64,000 nt of DNA from Oceanispirochaeta sp. (GTDB lineage: Bacteria > Spirochaetota > Spirochaetia > DSM-2461). This document shows, piece after piece, positions 28,920-37,794 of this stretch (position 1 is its first letter; every line of letters begins with the position of its first letter). Under the pieces are notes generated by a model. That model worked only from the letters and a program-made list of their open reading frames with translations, did not search any database and was not told the origin of the DNA. Where the stretch lies: NCBI GenBank assembly GCA_963666275.2, contig CAXXOA010000001.1, positions 928,001 to 992,000 of the forward strand, given 5' to 3'. The position numbers were made by a program, and so were the translations under genes.

Positions 28920-29795
28920 TCAGATAAGACCCTGATCTTTCAGAATCTTTTTCAGTATGGCCTTATGCTCTTCCGAAGGAGGACACAGGGGCAGTCTGAA
29001 CTCTTCTTCCAGAAGACCCATCATTGCCATGGCGGATTTTACAGGAATCGGATTGGTTTCAATAAACATGGATTTAAACAGGGGCAGAAGTTCGTAGTGG
29101 ATGGTTTTTGCCTTTTCAAGGTCTCCCGAGCGGGCCGCCTGGACCATCTCTTCCATCCATCCGGGAATGATGTTGCTGGCAACAGAGACAATGCCGTTAC
29201 CACCCATAAGGGTCAGGGGCAGTCCCATGTTGTCATCTCCCGAAAGAACATCAAAATCAGATGGTTTCCTTTTGATAACATCCATCATCTGGTTCAGATC
29301 ACCGCTGGCTTCTTTTACGGCGACAATATTGTCATGCTCTGCCAGTCTCATAAGTGTGTCGGTCTCAATATTGACTCCGGTTCTTCCCTTGATATTGTAT
29401 ACCATCATGGGCAGATCTACCGTATCGGCAATTGTCATGAAGTGGCGGTAGAGTCCCTCCTGTGTGGGCTTGTTGTAGTAGGGCGCTACCTGAAGACTCG
29501 CATCGGCACCGATGGCTTTCGCTAGTTTGGTCATTTTGATGGCCTCTTCTGTAGAGTTGGATCCCGTTCCTGCAATGACAGGGACTTTTCCAGCGGCTTC
29601 CTTGACAACAATTTCCACGACTTCCATATTCTCTTCATGGGTAACCGTGGGGCTCTCTCCGGTGGTTCCCACGGGAACCAGTCCCGAGATGCCTTTTTTG
29701 AGCTGAAAGTTCACGATTTTTTTCAGGGCTTCCGTATCGATCTCTTTCTTACTGTTAAAAGGGGTCACCAGTGCTGTGAAAACGCCTGTAAACAT
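28920..29795 (-). CDS. dapA: 4-hydroxy-tetrahydrodipicolinate synthase
   Basis: GTTGES, GTGSNST, PYYNKP, YNIKGRT, VKEASG, ETNPIPVK; start MFTGVFTA after AAGGAG. Confidence 0.96.
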   Translation of the reverse strand: MFTGVFTALVTPFNSKKEIDTEALKKIVNFQLKKGISGLVPVGTTGESPTVTHEENMEVVEIVVKEAAGKVPVIAGTGSNSTEEAIKMTKLAKAIGADASLQVAPYYNKPTQEGLYRHFMTIADTVDLPMMVYNIKGRTGVNIETDTLMRLAEHDNIVAVKEASGDLNQMMDVIKRKPSDFDVLSGDDNMGLPLTLMGGNGIVSVASNIIPGWMEEMVQAARSGDLEKAKTIHYELLPLFKSMFIETNPIPVKSAMAMMGLLEEEFRLPLCPPSEEHKAILKKILKDQGLI

Positions 29796-29844
29796 AATTA
29801 TATTTTTCTCCTTGTTCTTACTGTGCCAAATGCTTCCGTCAGAC

Positions 29845-30594
29845 TTATCCGAGGAAATCCTGCATGAAATCATCTACTGAAAAGATCCCGGATCTGTTCT
29901 GAAGCCATTCTGCGGCAAGAACTGATCCCAGAGCAAAACCGCCTCTGGTTCGGGCATTATGGGTAATTTCCAGGGTATCTGCCGGGGAGTCCATAGTCAG
30001 TGTATGGATTCCCGGAATATTTCCCGCTCTTACCGAGGCCACATGGAGCTGCTCCGGTTTGATGGCTCCCGGGGGATTCCCCGAGAGGATCTCCTTTTTT
30101 CTGTCCAGCTGTTCAAGAACCTTTTCCGCTGCAGTCAGAGCTGTTCCCGAAGGGGCATCCACTTTTTTATTGTGATGATACTCAATCAGGGCGGCATCAT
30201 AGTCTTCCACCTTGTTTATAAGGGAGGCTGCATAGGAGGACAGTCTGAAAAAAAGATGGGCCCCTACAGAAAAGTTTGAACCGTAGAGGATGGCCCCTGA
30301 ATCTTCCTGAAAGGGGCTGAGGACATCTTTTTTCTGTTTGTCCCAACCGGTTGTGGCAATAACGGATTTCAGGCCGTACCGGCTGTAGAGCCGGGCTCTC
30401 TCCTGAATGCCCACGGGAAGAGCAAACTCAATGACCGCATCAGAGTTCTGCAGAGTTTTCTCATCCGGTTCGATCATGTCTCCCGAACCGGAAGGGTCTA
30501 CCCTGGCTGTCACGGTATGGCCTCTCTGCAGGAGGATCTGTTCGACTTCTCGGCCCATCCGGCCGTATCCCATCAGGAAAATATTCATATTCAA
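29845..30594 (-). CDS. dapB: 4-hydroxy-tetrahydrodipicolinate reductase
   Basis: GYGRMG, ATTGW, SNFSVG, EYHHNKKVDAPSGTA, GFALG. Confidence 0.95.
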   Translation of the reverse strand: MNMNIFLMGYGRMGREVEQILLQRGHTVTARVDPSGSGDMIEPDEKTLQNSDAVIEFALPVGIQERARLYSRYGLKSVIATTGWDKQKKDVLSPFQEDSGAILYGSNFSVGAHLFFRLSSYAASLINKVEDYDAALIEYHHNKKVDAPSGTALTAAEKVLEQLDRKKEILSGNPPGAIKPEQLHVASVRAGNIPGIHTLTMDSPADTLEITHNARTRGGFALGSVLAAEWLQNRSGIFSVDDFMQDFLG

Positions 30595-30600
30595 ATACCC

Positions 30601-31599
30601 TTAATCTTCTACCTGTGTCATTGTGACAGCGATTGTGTTGATAATGTCTTCAACCGAACAGCCTCTGGAAAGGTCGGAAATCGGTTTGGCAAAACCCTGA
30701 AGGAAGGGACCGTAAGCACCGGCATTTCCGAATCTCTGAGCCAGTTTGTAACCAATGTTTCCGGACTGGAGATCGGGGAATATCAAAGTATTGGCTTTTC
30801 CGGCGACTTTGGATCCGGGCGCTTTTTTGGCACCAACGCTTTCAACAAGGGCTGCATCCAGCTGGAGTTCGCCGTCGACATTCAGTTCCGGTGCTTTCTC
30901 CTGAACGATCTTCAAAGCTTCCGTTACCTTGTCCACATTGGGATGGGAAGCGGAACCTTTGGTTGAAAAGGAGAGCATCGCTGTTACAGGTTCGGTCTGC
31001 AGGAATGTTTTACAGGAAGTGGAAGCCTGGATTGTTATTTCAGCCAGCTGTTCTACAGTGGGGTCGGGAATGGTGGCGCAGTCGGAAAAAATCATCAGTC
31101 CGTCTTTTCCCCACTGTTTGTCGGGAAAGTCCATAACGAAACAGGACGAAGCGGATGTGACTCCGGGAGCTGTCTTTATAATCGTGAAACCGGCCACAAG
31201 GACTTTTCCTGTCGCATTGTCGGCTCCGGCGACCATGGCGTCCGCGTCCCCTTTGCGAACCATCATGGCACCCCATTTCAGGCAGTCTTTGATCTGGGCG
31301 GCCGCGTCTTCGGGGGAAATCCCTTTTTTCTTTCTCAGTTCATAGTATTCCTGGGCATAGGCTTCGGCCAGGGGGGAAGTTTCAGGATCAATGATGGTCA
31401 GCCCGTCCAGGGATACCCCTGCAGAGGATGCGGCAGACCCGATGGCGTCTTCCGTTCCTATAAGGAAGACTTCAGAAACAATTTTTTCGTCCATAGCCTG
31501 TCTGGCAGCCTGAAGTGTTCTGGGTTCTGTTCCTTCCGGAAGAACAAGTTTCTTCTGCATCAATTTAGCCTGGGCTTTCATATCTTCAACAAATGACAT
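30601..31599 (-). CDS. pta: phosphate acetyltransferase
   Basis: LVLPEG, SDCA, MLSFSTKGS, DGELQLDAA, FPDLQSGNIGYK, DLSRGC. Confidence 0.96.
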   Translation of the reverse strand: MSFVEDMKAQAKLMQKKLVLPEGTEPRTLQAARQAMDEKIVSEVFLIGTEDAIGSAASSAGVSLDGLTIIDPETSPLAEAYAQEYYELRKKKGISPEDAAAQIKDCLKWGAMMVRKGDADAMVAGADNATGKVLVAGFTIIKTAPGVTSASSCFVMDFPDKQWGKDGLMIFSDCATIPDPTVEQLAEITIQASTSCKTFLQTEPVTAMLSFSTKGSASHPNVDKVTEALKIVQEKAPELNVDGELQLDAALVESVGAKKAPGSKVAGKANTLIFPDLQSGNIGYKLAQRFGNAGAYGPFLQGFAKPISDLSRGCSVEDIINTIAVTMTQVED

Positions 31600-31729
31600 A
31601 GCGTATCTCCTGGTTTATCTTACTATTTTCAAATACTATATCCTATTTTGGATCAGTAGGAAAACACCGAATACAGGGAATTCTCCCACCATCTATGCAC
31701 CTGAGAGGAAATTCTGTATGATAGGGACC

Positions 31730-32479
31730 ATGCGTATTGGTGTTTTCGGCCTTGGACGCTTTGGAGCTTTCTGGGCCGGTTTATTAGCGAAATCATTTGA
31801 AGTTTACGGGTATTCAAGAAACCCCGATAGATTGACTCCTGCAGGGGTTGCACGTATTGAATATGAAGAGCTTTTCTCATGCCACGTGATCTTCCTCTGC
31901 AATGCCATATCCTCCATGGAATCTGTGCTTGAAGAGATGAAAAATCATCTAAAGCCCGGAACATTAGTTGTGGACACATGTTCAGTTAAAGTTTATCCTG
32001 TAAATCTGATGAGATCCCTGCTTCCTGAACAGGTAGGCATTCTCGGAACCCATCCTATGTTCGGGCCCGATTCCGGCAAGGACGGCGTGAAGGGACTTCC
32101 CATCGTGCTGTGTCAGGAGAGGATCAGTGATGAGCAGTATATTTTCTGGAAAGACCGTTTCCGGGAGATGGGCCTTGTTCTCCAGGAGATGACTCCCGAA
32201 GAGCATGATCGCGAAGCCGCCTACACCCAGGGGATTACCCATTTTGTGGGAAGGACTCTCAACGAACTGAACCTTCATGAGAGTTCCATCGGTACCGCCG
32301 GTTATACAAGACTTCTGGATATCATCAGACAAACCTGTAATGATCCCTGGCAGCTATTTCTGGATCTCCAAAAATACAATCCCTATACATCTCAGATGAG
32401 ACGGGATCTGCACCGGGGACTGGAAAAGATGCTGCAGACTTTTGATAATATAGAAAGTTTAGGAGACCGGGATGGCTGA
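31730..32479 (+). CDS. tyrA: TyrA-family (arogenate/prephenate) dehydrogenase
   Basis: GLGRFG, DTCSVK, THPMFGP, EEHD...QGITH; alternative start 31718. Confidence 0.9.
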   Translation: MRIGVFGLGRFGAFWAGLLAKSFEVYGYSRNPDRLTPAGVARIEYEELFSCHVIFLCNAISSMESVLEEMKNHLKPGTLVVDTCSVKVYPVNLMRSLLPEQVGILGTHPMFGPDSGKDGVKGLPIVLCQERISDEQYIFWKDRFREMGLVLQEMTPEEHDREAAYTQGITHFVGRTLNELNLHESSIGTAGYTRLLDIIRQTCNDPWQLFLDLQKYNPYTSQMRRDLHRGLEKMLQTFDNIESLGDRDG

Positions 32480-32837
32480 AATACATTCGAAAAAAATCAA
32501 GGAACATCGGCTGGACACTGTTCTGGCAGAAGACATTGTTTTCAATGGAGAGGTCTCTTTCTCTCAGGAACTCATGATCAAAGGCAAATTCGAAGGCCGG
32601 ATCAAGGCTGACGGGGATCTTTTCATTGCGGAAAATGCCGACATAAAAGCGGAAATCGACGCCAGATCCGTCCATGTCCGCGGCCGTGTGGAAGGCAATG
32701 TCACCGCAGAAACCCAGGTCGAACTGATGGGCTGTGCCGAAGTGATCGGCGACATAACAGCGCCCCGGATCGTCATGGAGACAGGCTGCCGTTTTGAAGG
32801 TGTAAGCCGTATGCTTCCCCAGGAGAAAAAATCATGA
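32472..32837 (+). CDS. bactofilin (polymer-forming cytoskeletal protein)
   Basis: TVLAEDIVFNGEV...IKGKFEGRI...VRGRVEGNV...VIGDI...GCRFEG beta-helix pattern. Confidence 0.9.
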   Translation: MAEIHSKKIKEHRLDTVLAEDIVFNGEVSFSQELMIKGKFEGRIKADGDLFIAENADIKAEIDARSVHVRGRVEGNVTAETQVELMGCAEVIGDITAPRIVMETGCRFEGVSRMLPQEKKS

Positions 32838-33475
32838 ACTTAAGAGTAGGCACCCTGCTTTTCATTCTATCCGCTCTGTTGATCCTTCCTGTCAGTGCTC
32901 AGGAAAAAAAGGATGCCCTGAAACTGTACCGTCAGGGCTCCTATGAAGAGTCCGTTGCTGTCTGTCTTGAAGAACTGGAATCCTACAGTGATACCCAGAT
33001 TGTCCGCCGCATGGATTCCTATACTGTTCTGGGATGGGCCCTGATCGGGCTGAACCGCTACGATGACGCTATCGCTTATTCAAAAGAAGCGCTGAATTAT
33101 TCCCGATACGACACCCGGGTTATTGAAACTCTGGGAGAAGCCTATTATTTTAAAGGGGACTACACGGAAGGGCTGAACTATTTTCAGCAGTATGTTGCTC
33201 TGAATCCCACAGGAGACCGGATTGCCCAGGTTTACTCCTATATGGGAGAAACATACATTCGTATGGGAATGTACAATCATGCGGACATCGCATTGACAAC
33301 AGCCCTCTACCATGTCCCTTCCGTTGCCAGATGGTGGTCCCGTCTCGGTTATGCCCGGGAAGGTGCCGGACTGGCAGACACGGCTGAAGAAGCCTACTCA
33401 AAAGCCCTCTCGCTGCAGCCCAATCTGCAGGAGGCACGAAAGGGGCTTGAAAGGATACGGGGTACTGAATCCTGA
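32834..33475 (+). CDS. exported TPR protein
   Basis: signal peptide; LGEAYY, MGETY, LGYARE TPR helices. Confidence 0.85.
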   Translation: MNLRVGTLLFILSALLILPVSAQEKKDALKLYRQGSYEESVAVCLEELESYSDTQIVRRMDSYTVLGWALIGLNRYDDAIAYSKEALNYSRYDTRVIETLGEAYYFKGDYTEGLNYFQQYVALNPTGDRIAQVYSYMGETYIRMGMYNHADIALTTALYHVPSVARWWSRLGYAREGAGLADTAEEAYSKALSLQPNLQEARKGLERIRGTES

Positions 33476-33483
33476 TTTTATAG

Positions 33484-34842
33484 ATGAAAGCATCATTTTT
33501 TACTTTCGGCTGCAAGCTGAATCAGTGTGAAACTGAAGCGCTGGCCGATTCTTTTGAGAAGCAGGGGTTCGAAATTGTCAATTTCGAGTCTGCTTCCAAC
33601 GTTTTTGTTATCAATACCTGCACGGTTACGTCAAAAAGCGAACAGAAAGCCAGAAGGGTTATCCGCAAGGCCAGCAGAGAGTTCCCGGACTCTCTTGTCC
33701 TTGTCACAGGGTGCTATGCCCAGCTGGAACCGGATCTGATCCGGGAACTGGGGGACAATGTCCTTTCAGTTCCTCTGGATCAGAAAGATCTCATAATGGA
33801 TCTTGCCGGCTACCTGGGAAGTGAGCTTCAGGCGGGAGACAATCTCTACAAAAAAGCGGGTTTCTGGCTGGAGACACAGGCTCCGGGGATCGAGAATCCC
33901 CAGAACCGCTTCCGGTTCTCTGCTGCAGACTTCAATTTCCATGCCCGGGCATTCCTCAAAATCCAGGACGGCTGCGACAACCGCTGCGCCTACTGCCGTG
34001 TCTGTCTGGCCAGGGGGGCCTCGGTCAGTCTGGAAAGTGACAGAATCATAGAAAGGCTCAAAGAGCTTGAAGCCTCCGGATCGAGGGAAATTGTTCTGAC
34101 CGGAGTGAATATCGATTCCTACAGGGATGGAGACAGGGACCTTTCGGGGCTTCTTGAACGGATCATGGAGGAAACATCAGGCTTCCGGGTCCGCCTGTCT
34201 TCCCTGGAACCGGAAACTCTCCTGAGCCGGGATCTGAGTATCCTCTCCCATCCCCGGATCTGCCCGCATTTTCATGTTTCCGCCCAGTCCGGTTCGGACA
34301 GTGTTCTGGGCAGGATGAACCGGCCCTATGACTCATCCGCTGTCAGAGAGGCTGTCACCCGCCTGAGAGAGCTCAAGGATGATCCCTTCATTGCTGCGGA
34401 CCTTATCTCCGGATTTCCCGGGGAGAGCGATCAGGAGCATCAGGAAACCCTTTCCCTTGTAAAGGAAATGGGGTTTACCCGTATACATGTTTTTCCATTT
34501 TCCGCCCGTCCCGGCACAGCCGCCTGGGATATGAAACCTCAGGTCCCCCAGCGTATAACCGGGGAAAGGACCAGTGAGCTCCGCCGGGCTTCCGGCCGCT
34601 TTCACGAAGAGTACTTCCAGCGGTGGATGAACAGGAACGTCAGTGTCCTCCTTGAAGAGAGAAAGACGATCGGAGGCAGAGAGTACTGGGAAGGAACTTC
34701 CGAGAACTATCTGAAGGTCCGCATTCCCGCCGGAGCTCTGGATGGAAATGACGAAACTGTCCGGGGAAGCATCGTACCCTGTATTATCGAGTATCACAAA
34801 AATTTTATCTGTTACGGTAACACAGGCTCTCCTCACATTTAA
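33484..34842 (+). CDS. mtaB: tRNA t6A37 methylthiotransferase
   Basis: TFGCKLNQCE, INTCTVT, VTGCYAQ, LKIQDGCDNRCAYC, HVFPFSARPGT. Confidence 0.95.
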   Translation: MKASFFTFGCKLNQCETEALADSFEKQGFEIVNFESASNVFVINTCTVTSKSEQKARRVIRKASREFPDSLVLVTGCYAQLEPDLIRELGDNVLSVPLDQKDLIMDLAGYLGSELQAGDNLYKKAGFWLETQAPGIENPQNRFRFSAADFNFHARAFLKIQDGCDNRCAYCRVCLARGASVSLESDRIIERLKELEASGSREIVLTGVNIDSYRDGDRDLSGLLERIMEETSGFRVRLSSLEPETLLSRDLSILSHPRICPHFHVSAQSGSDSVLGRMNRPYDSSAVREAVTRLRELKDDPFIAADLISGFPGESDQEHQETLSLVKEMGFTRIHVFPFSARPGTAAWDMKPQVPQRITGERTSELRRASGRFHEEYFQRWMNRNVSVLLEERKTIGGREYWEGTSENYLKVRIPAGALDGNDETVRGSIVPCIIEYHKNFICYGNTGSPHI

Positions 34843-34971
34843 TCGGTTGATTATTCCTCAAATTGCGATACTATTATAAAAGGAGTCGGATATTTTCCGG
34901 CTTTTTAAAAAAATAGTTTCAGTTCTGCTGAAACACCAATAGAATTAAAAATAGTGAATCAGGAGGCAATC

Positions 34972-35880
34972 ATGATAAAGAGAACTGCAGGAGGGCTTGC
35001 GGCACTTTTGCTGATGTTGCTCCTTTCGGGTTGTAATCCCTTTACAACCAATATTTATTCCGGCATAGACGAGTACAGGATGCCCGATCTGGATGATGTG
35101 GATGAGGTTCTCGATGCCGCCAATGATCCGGACTTCTATGATAATCTGAAGGATGATCCCAAGGCGAAGCAGAAGGTGCTGGAAACTCTGGAAGAGACCT
35201 ATAATGATCCCGATGAGGATGAGGAAACCAGGCAGGAAGCGGCAATCATGGCCGCGGATGTACATCTGAAAACCTCAGACACCGAAGAGACCCTGGATAA
35301 TTTCAATGATCTGATCAGCGATGCCGTCAACGGAGAAGAAATCTATGATCCCGATAGCGGAGACGGGCCGGAAGTTCTGTTCAAAAGCCTTTTCGGTGAT
35401 CCTCCCTATCCTGTGGGAACGTCTACCACAAGCTCCAGCTATATTTCCTACAAAGCCCTGGTTGTGACCCAGTTGAACGGATTTCTCCTGGCTGTCCCGG
35501 CTCTGCAGGTATACGGGAACAATGTGAATGCAGGGTTCCCCATTCCCCCTGATTCCAATGCGGGAGATACGGCGACCAAGGCTCTGATGGCGGGTCTGAC
35601 CCGGTATATAAGCTATATGCTCGATGTGGACGGGGATAACAGTACCGTCAGTGACGCCGGTTATGTTTCCGGTATCGAAGCGGCCGATGTGGAAAGGCTG
35701 GCGGTCTATCTGGCCAATCCTGATCCCGCTGCCACCCTTGAGGGGCAGTATAAACGGGAGCTGACTGTTCCTGATGGTATAGATGAGATCGAGTATTTTC
35801 TGACAGATCCTGTTAGCGGTGATAAAGGCATTTACTATGCTGTAAATGCCGGACTTGATATCAATTCACTGATGGACTAA
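34972..35880 (+). CDS. acidic lipoprotein of unknown function
   Basis: AGGAGG RBS; lipobox LLSGC. Confidence 0.8.
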   Translation: MIKRTAGGLAALLLMLLLSGCNPFTTNIYSGIDEYRMPDLDDVDEVLDAANDPDFYDNLKDDPKAKQKVLETLEETYNDPDEDEETRQEAAIMAADVHLKTSDTEETLDNFNDLISDAVNGEEIYDPDSGDGPEVLFKSLFGDPPYPVGTSTTSSSYISYKALVVTQLNGFLLAVPALQVYGNNVNAGFPIPPDSNAGDTATKALMAGLTRYISYMLDVDGDNSTVSDAGYVSGIEAADVERLAVYLANPDPAATLEGQYKRELTVPDGIDEIEYFLTDPVSGDKGIYYAVNAGLDINSLMD

Positions 35881-35893
35881 TAGGAGCTGAAGA

Positions 35894-37090
35894 ATGAAGA
35901 AAATACTGCTGCTTATACTGACTATTCTATTTACGGCGGGCACTCTTGCTGCAGGAGACCGCTATTATACATCTCCTTTCCGCTGGTACAGCCCGGAAGT
36001 GCAGGCCCAGGGAGGATCTTATTTTTCCAATGCCCAGGGGTTTAACTCCCTTCTCTATAATCCGGCGGCGTTCTATAAAACAGTGGAAAAAATGAAGAGG
36101 AACGGAGAGGTTGAACAGGATGGGGAGATTACTATCCTTTCCATGAGTTCCTCCTATTCTGGTAATATCTTTCAGTTTATGGAAGAGTATAGAGAGGAAC
36201 CGGACAACCTTGTGGGGATCATTCTGGATCAGGTAACAGACTCCGGTTTAGGTGCAGGCATGCAGGTGGGGTCCGGCTATGTAGGGAAAGGTTTCGGTGT
36301 AGGGCTGATGTCGGTCATCGACGCCGATCTTCCCCCAGTAGAAACCACACTGGGCCTTACGGCTGATTTCACCTGGACGTCCGGAATTGTCGCCGGATAT
36401 GCCCATCCTTTCCATGTGGGCCCTGTTAAACTGGTCGCTGGAGCGGATATCCGGCCCATGTACCGGTATCTGATTCCCGGAGTCAATGTCTCCTCTTTTC
36501 TGGGGGAGGATGACGGATCGTCCTCTGACAGCGGTGACGATCTGGATCTGACAGGAATTGATGCCATGGCCGGTCTGGGGGTCGGTGTGGATGCAGCTGC
36601 TGACGTTTACTGGAAGGATTTCATCTTCAGTCTTGTACTGAGGGATATCGGTAATACCCGGTTTTTCTTCAATCCCCTCAATTCTCTGGGATCCACTGAA
36701 TTTTCCGATGCCGATGAGGTGGAAGATACCTACATAACCCCATGGACTCTGAATCTGGGTACCTCCTATCATCCTGTATTCGGAAAGCTGAATAAGTTTA
36801 TGGATTTTAAGGTCCATGGCGCCTGGTCGCAGCCTCTGATATTTGAAGATACTCTCTACGGATACAATGCCCAGTCCTTCTGGACAAAGCTTGATCTGGG
36901 AGCCGAAATTGTACTCCTTTCATCCGTGGCCCTGAGGACAGGGCTGCAGGGGGGATATTTTACCGCAGGATTTGGACTGGATCTGTTTTTTGTCGAGCTC
37001 AACGGGGCTCTGTATGCGGAAGAACTGGGGTCCAACGCGGGAGTTCAGCCCAAAATGGGCGGAGCTCTGGAAATGGCATTCCGCTTCTAA
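35894..37090 (+). CDS. putative outer-membrane beta-barrel (TraF_2/FadL-like)
   Basis: signal peptide; N-terminal AQGG...LLYNPA hatch-like motif; amphipathic strands; C-terminal AFRF. Confidence 0.7.
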   Translation: MKKILLLILTILFTAGTLAAGDRYYTSPFRWYSPEVQAQGGSYFSNAQGFNSLLYNPAAFYKTVEKMKRNGEVEQDGEITILSMSSSYSGNIFQFMEEYREEPDNLVGIILDQVTDSGLGAGMQVGSGYVGKGFGVGLMSVIDADLPPVETTLGLTADFTWTSGIVAGYAHPFHVGPVKLVAGADIRPMYRYLIPGVNVSSFLGEDDGSSSDSGDDLDLTGIDAMAGLGVGVDAAADVYWKDFIFSLVLRDIGNTRFFFNPLNSLGSTEFSDADEVEDTYITPWTLNLGTSYHPVFGKLNKFMDFKVHGAWSQPLIFEDTLYGYNAQSFWTKLDLGAEIVLLSSVALRTGLQGGYFTAGFGLDLFFVELNGALYAEELGSNAGVQPKMGGALEMAFRF

Positions 37091-37111
37091 TCTGCCCGTC
37101 TGAATGCCTCG

Positions 37112-37141
37112 GCCCGGGAGTACAGCTCCCGGGCTTTTTTT
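37112..37141 (+). terminator. intrinsic terminator
   Basis: GCCCGGGAG-TACAG-CTCCCGGGC-T7. Confidence 0.88.
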
Positions 37142-37249
37142 ATACGCATTTCGTAAAGATCCTGTAATGCAAATCATTGCCTATTCGGATTTTATTTTTA
37201 TCTATAGAGTTGCTGTCATAATTATATATCAGTTTTTTACGAATAAGTG

Positions 37250-37278
37250 TTGACACTTTCAGGGCCATTTGGTATCTT
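37250..37278 (+). promoter_or_regulatory. sigma70 promoter of tRNA cluster
   Basis: TTGACA-17 nt-TATCTT with TGn extension. Confidence 0.8.
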
Positions 37279-37292
37279 CTCAATCGTTCTAC

Positions 37293-37365
37293 GGGCCGCT
37301 AGCTCAGCTGGCAGAGCAACGCCCTTTTAAGGCGTGGGTCACTGGTTCGAACCCAGTGCGGCTCA
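37293..37365 (+). tRNA. tRNA-Lys(UUU)
   Basis: cloverleaf; anticodon arm ACGCC-CTTTTAA-GGCGT; no encoded CCA. Confidence 0.97.
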
Positions 37366-37388
37366 TAGGCTAACCGAATGAACAATTT

Positions 37389-37460
37389 GTCTCCATCGTC
37401 TAGGGGTTAGGACACCGGGTTTTCATCCCGGCAACGGGGGTTCGATTCCCCCTGGAGATG
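37389..37460 (+). tRNA. tRNA-Glu(UUC)
   Basis: cloverleaf; anticodon arm CCGGG-TTTTCAT-CCCGG. Confidence 0.96.
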
Positions 37461-37464
37461 CTAC

Positions 37465-37537
37465 GGGCCGCTAGCTCAGCTGGCAGAGCAACGCCCTTTT
37501 AAGGCGTGGGTCACTGGTTCGAACCCAGTGCGGCTCA
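37465..37537 (+). tRNA. tRNA-Lys(UUU), identical second copy
   Basis: identical to 37293-37365. Confidence 0.97.
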
Positions 37538-37560
37538 TCCGTATTGTTCGGTTAGTTTTT

Positions 37561-37632
37561 GTCTCCATCGTCTAGGGGTTAGGACACCGGGTTTTCATCC
37601 CGGCAACGGGGGTTCGATTCCCCCTGGAGATG
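37561..37632 (+). tRNA. tRNA-Glu(UUC), identical second copy
   Basis: identical to 37389-37460. Confidence 0.96.
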
Positions 37633-37638
37633 CTCCTT

Positions 37639-37669
37639 AAAGGCTACTCGCTTGAGTAGCCTTTTTTTT
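37639..37669 (+). terminator. intrinsic terminator of tRNA operon
   Basis: AAAGGCTACTC-GCTT-GAGTAGCCTTT followed by T tract. Confidence 0.9.
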
Positions 37670-37794
37670 ATCCTTCACTCATTTGCTCCCTTCCGGTTTT
37701 TCAGTAACCTATCCCTAGGAAAGAAACTCCGAATCCAATATTTAAAAGACAGGGAATGTTGTGTATAATGGGTGGAAAACGTTGAGGAAATGGT

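Noticed and set aside
35894..37090. Conjugative element suggested by TraF-like similarity
   Set aside because: There is no relaxase, T4SS ATPase or integrase nearby, and the context is housekeeping.
37293..37700. tRNA duplication as the att site of an integrated element
   Set aside because: Both copies are full length and adjacent, with no integrase or cargo between or after them.
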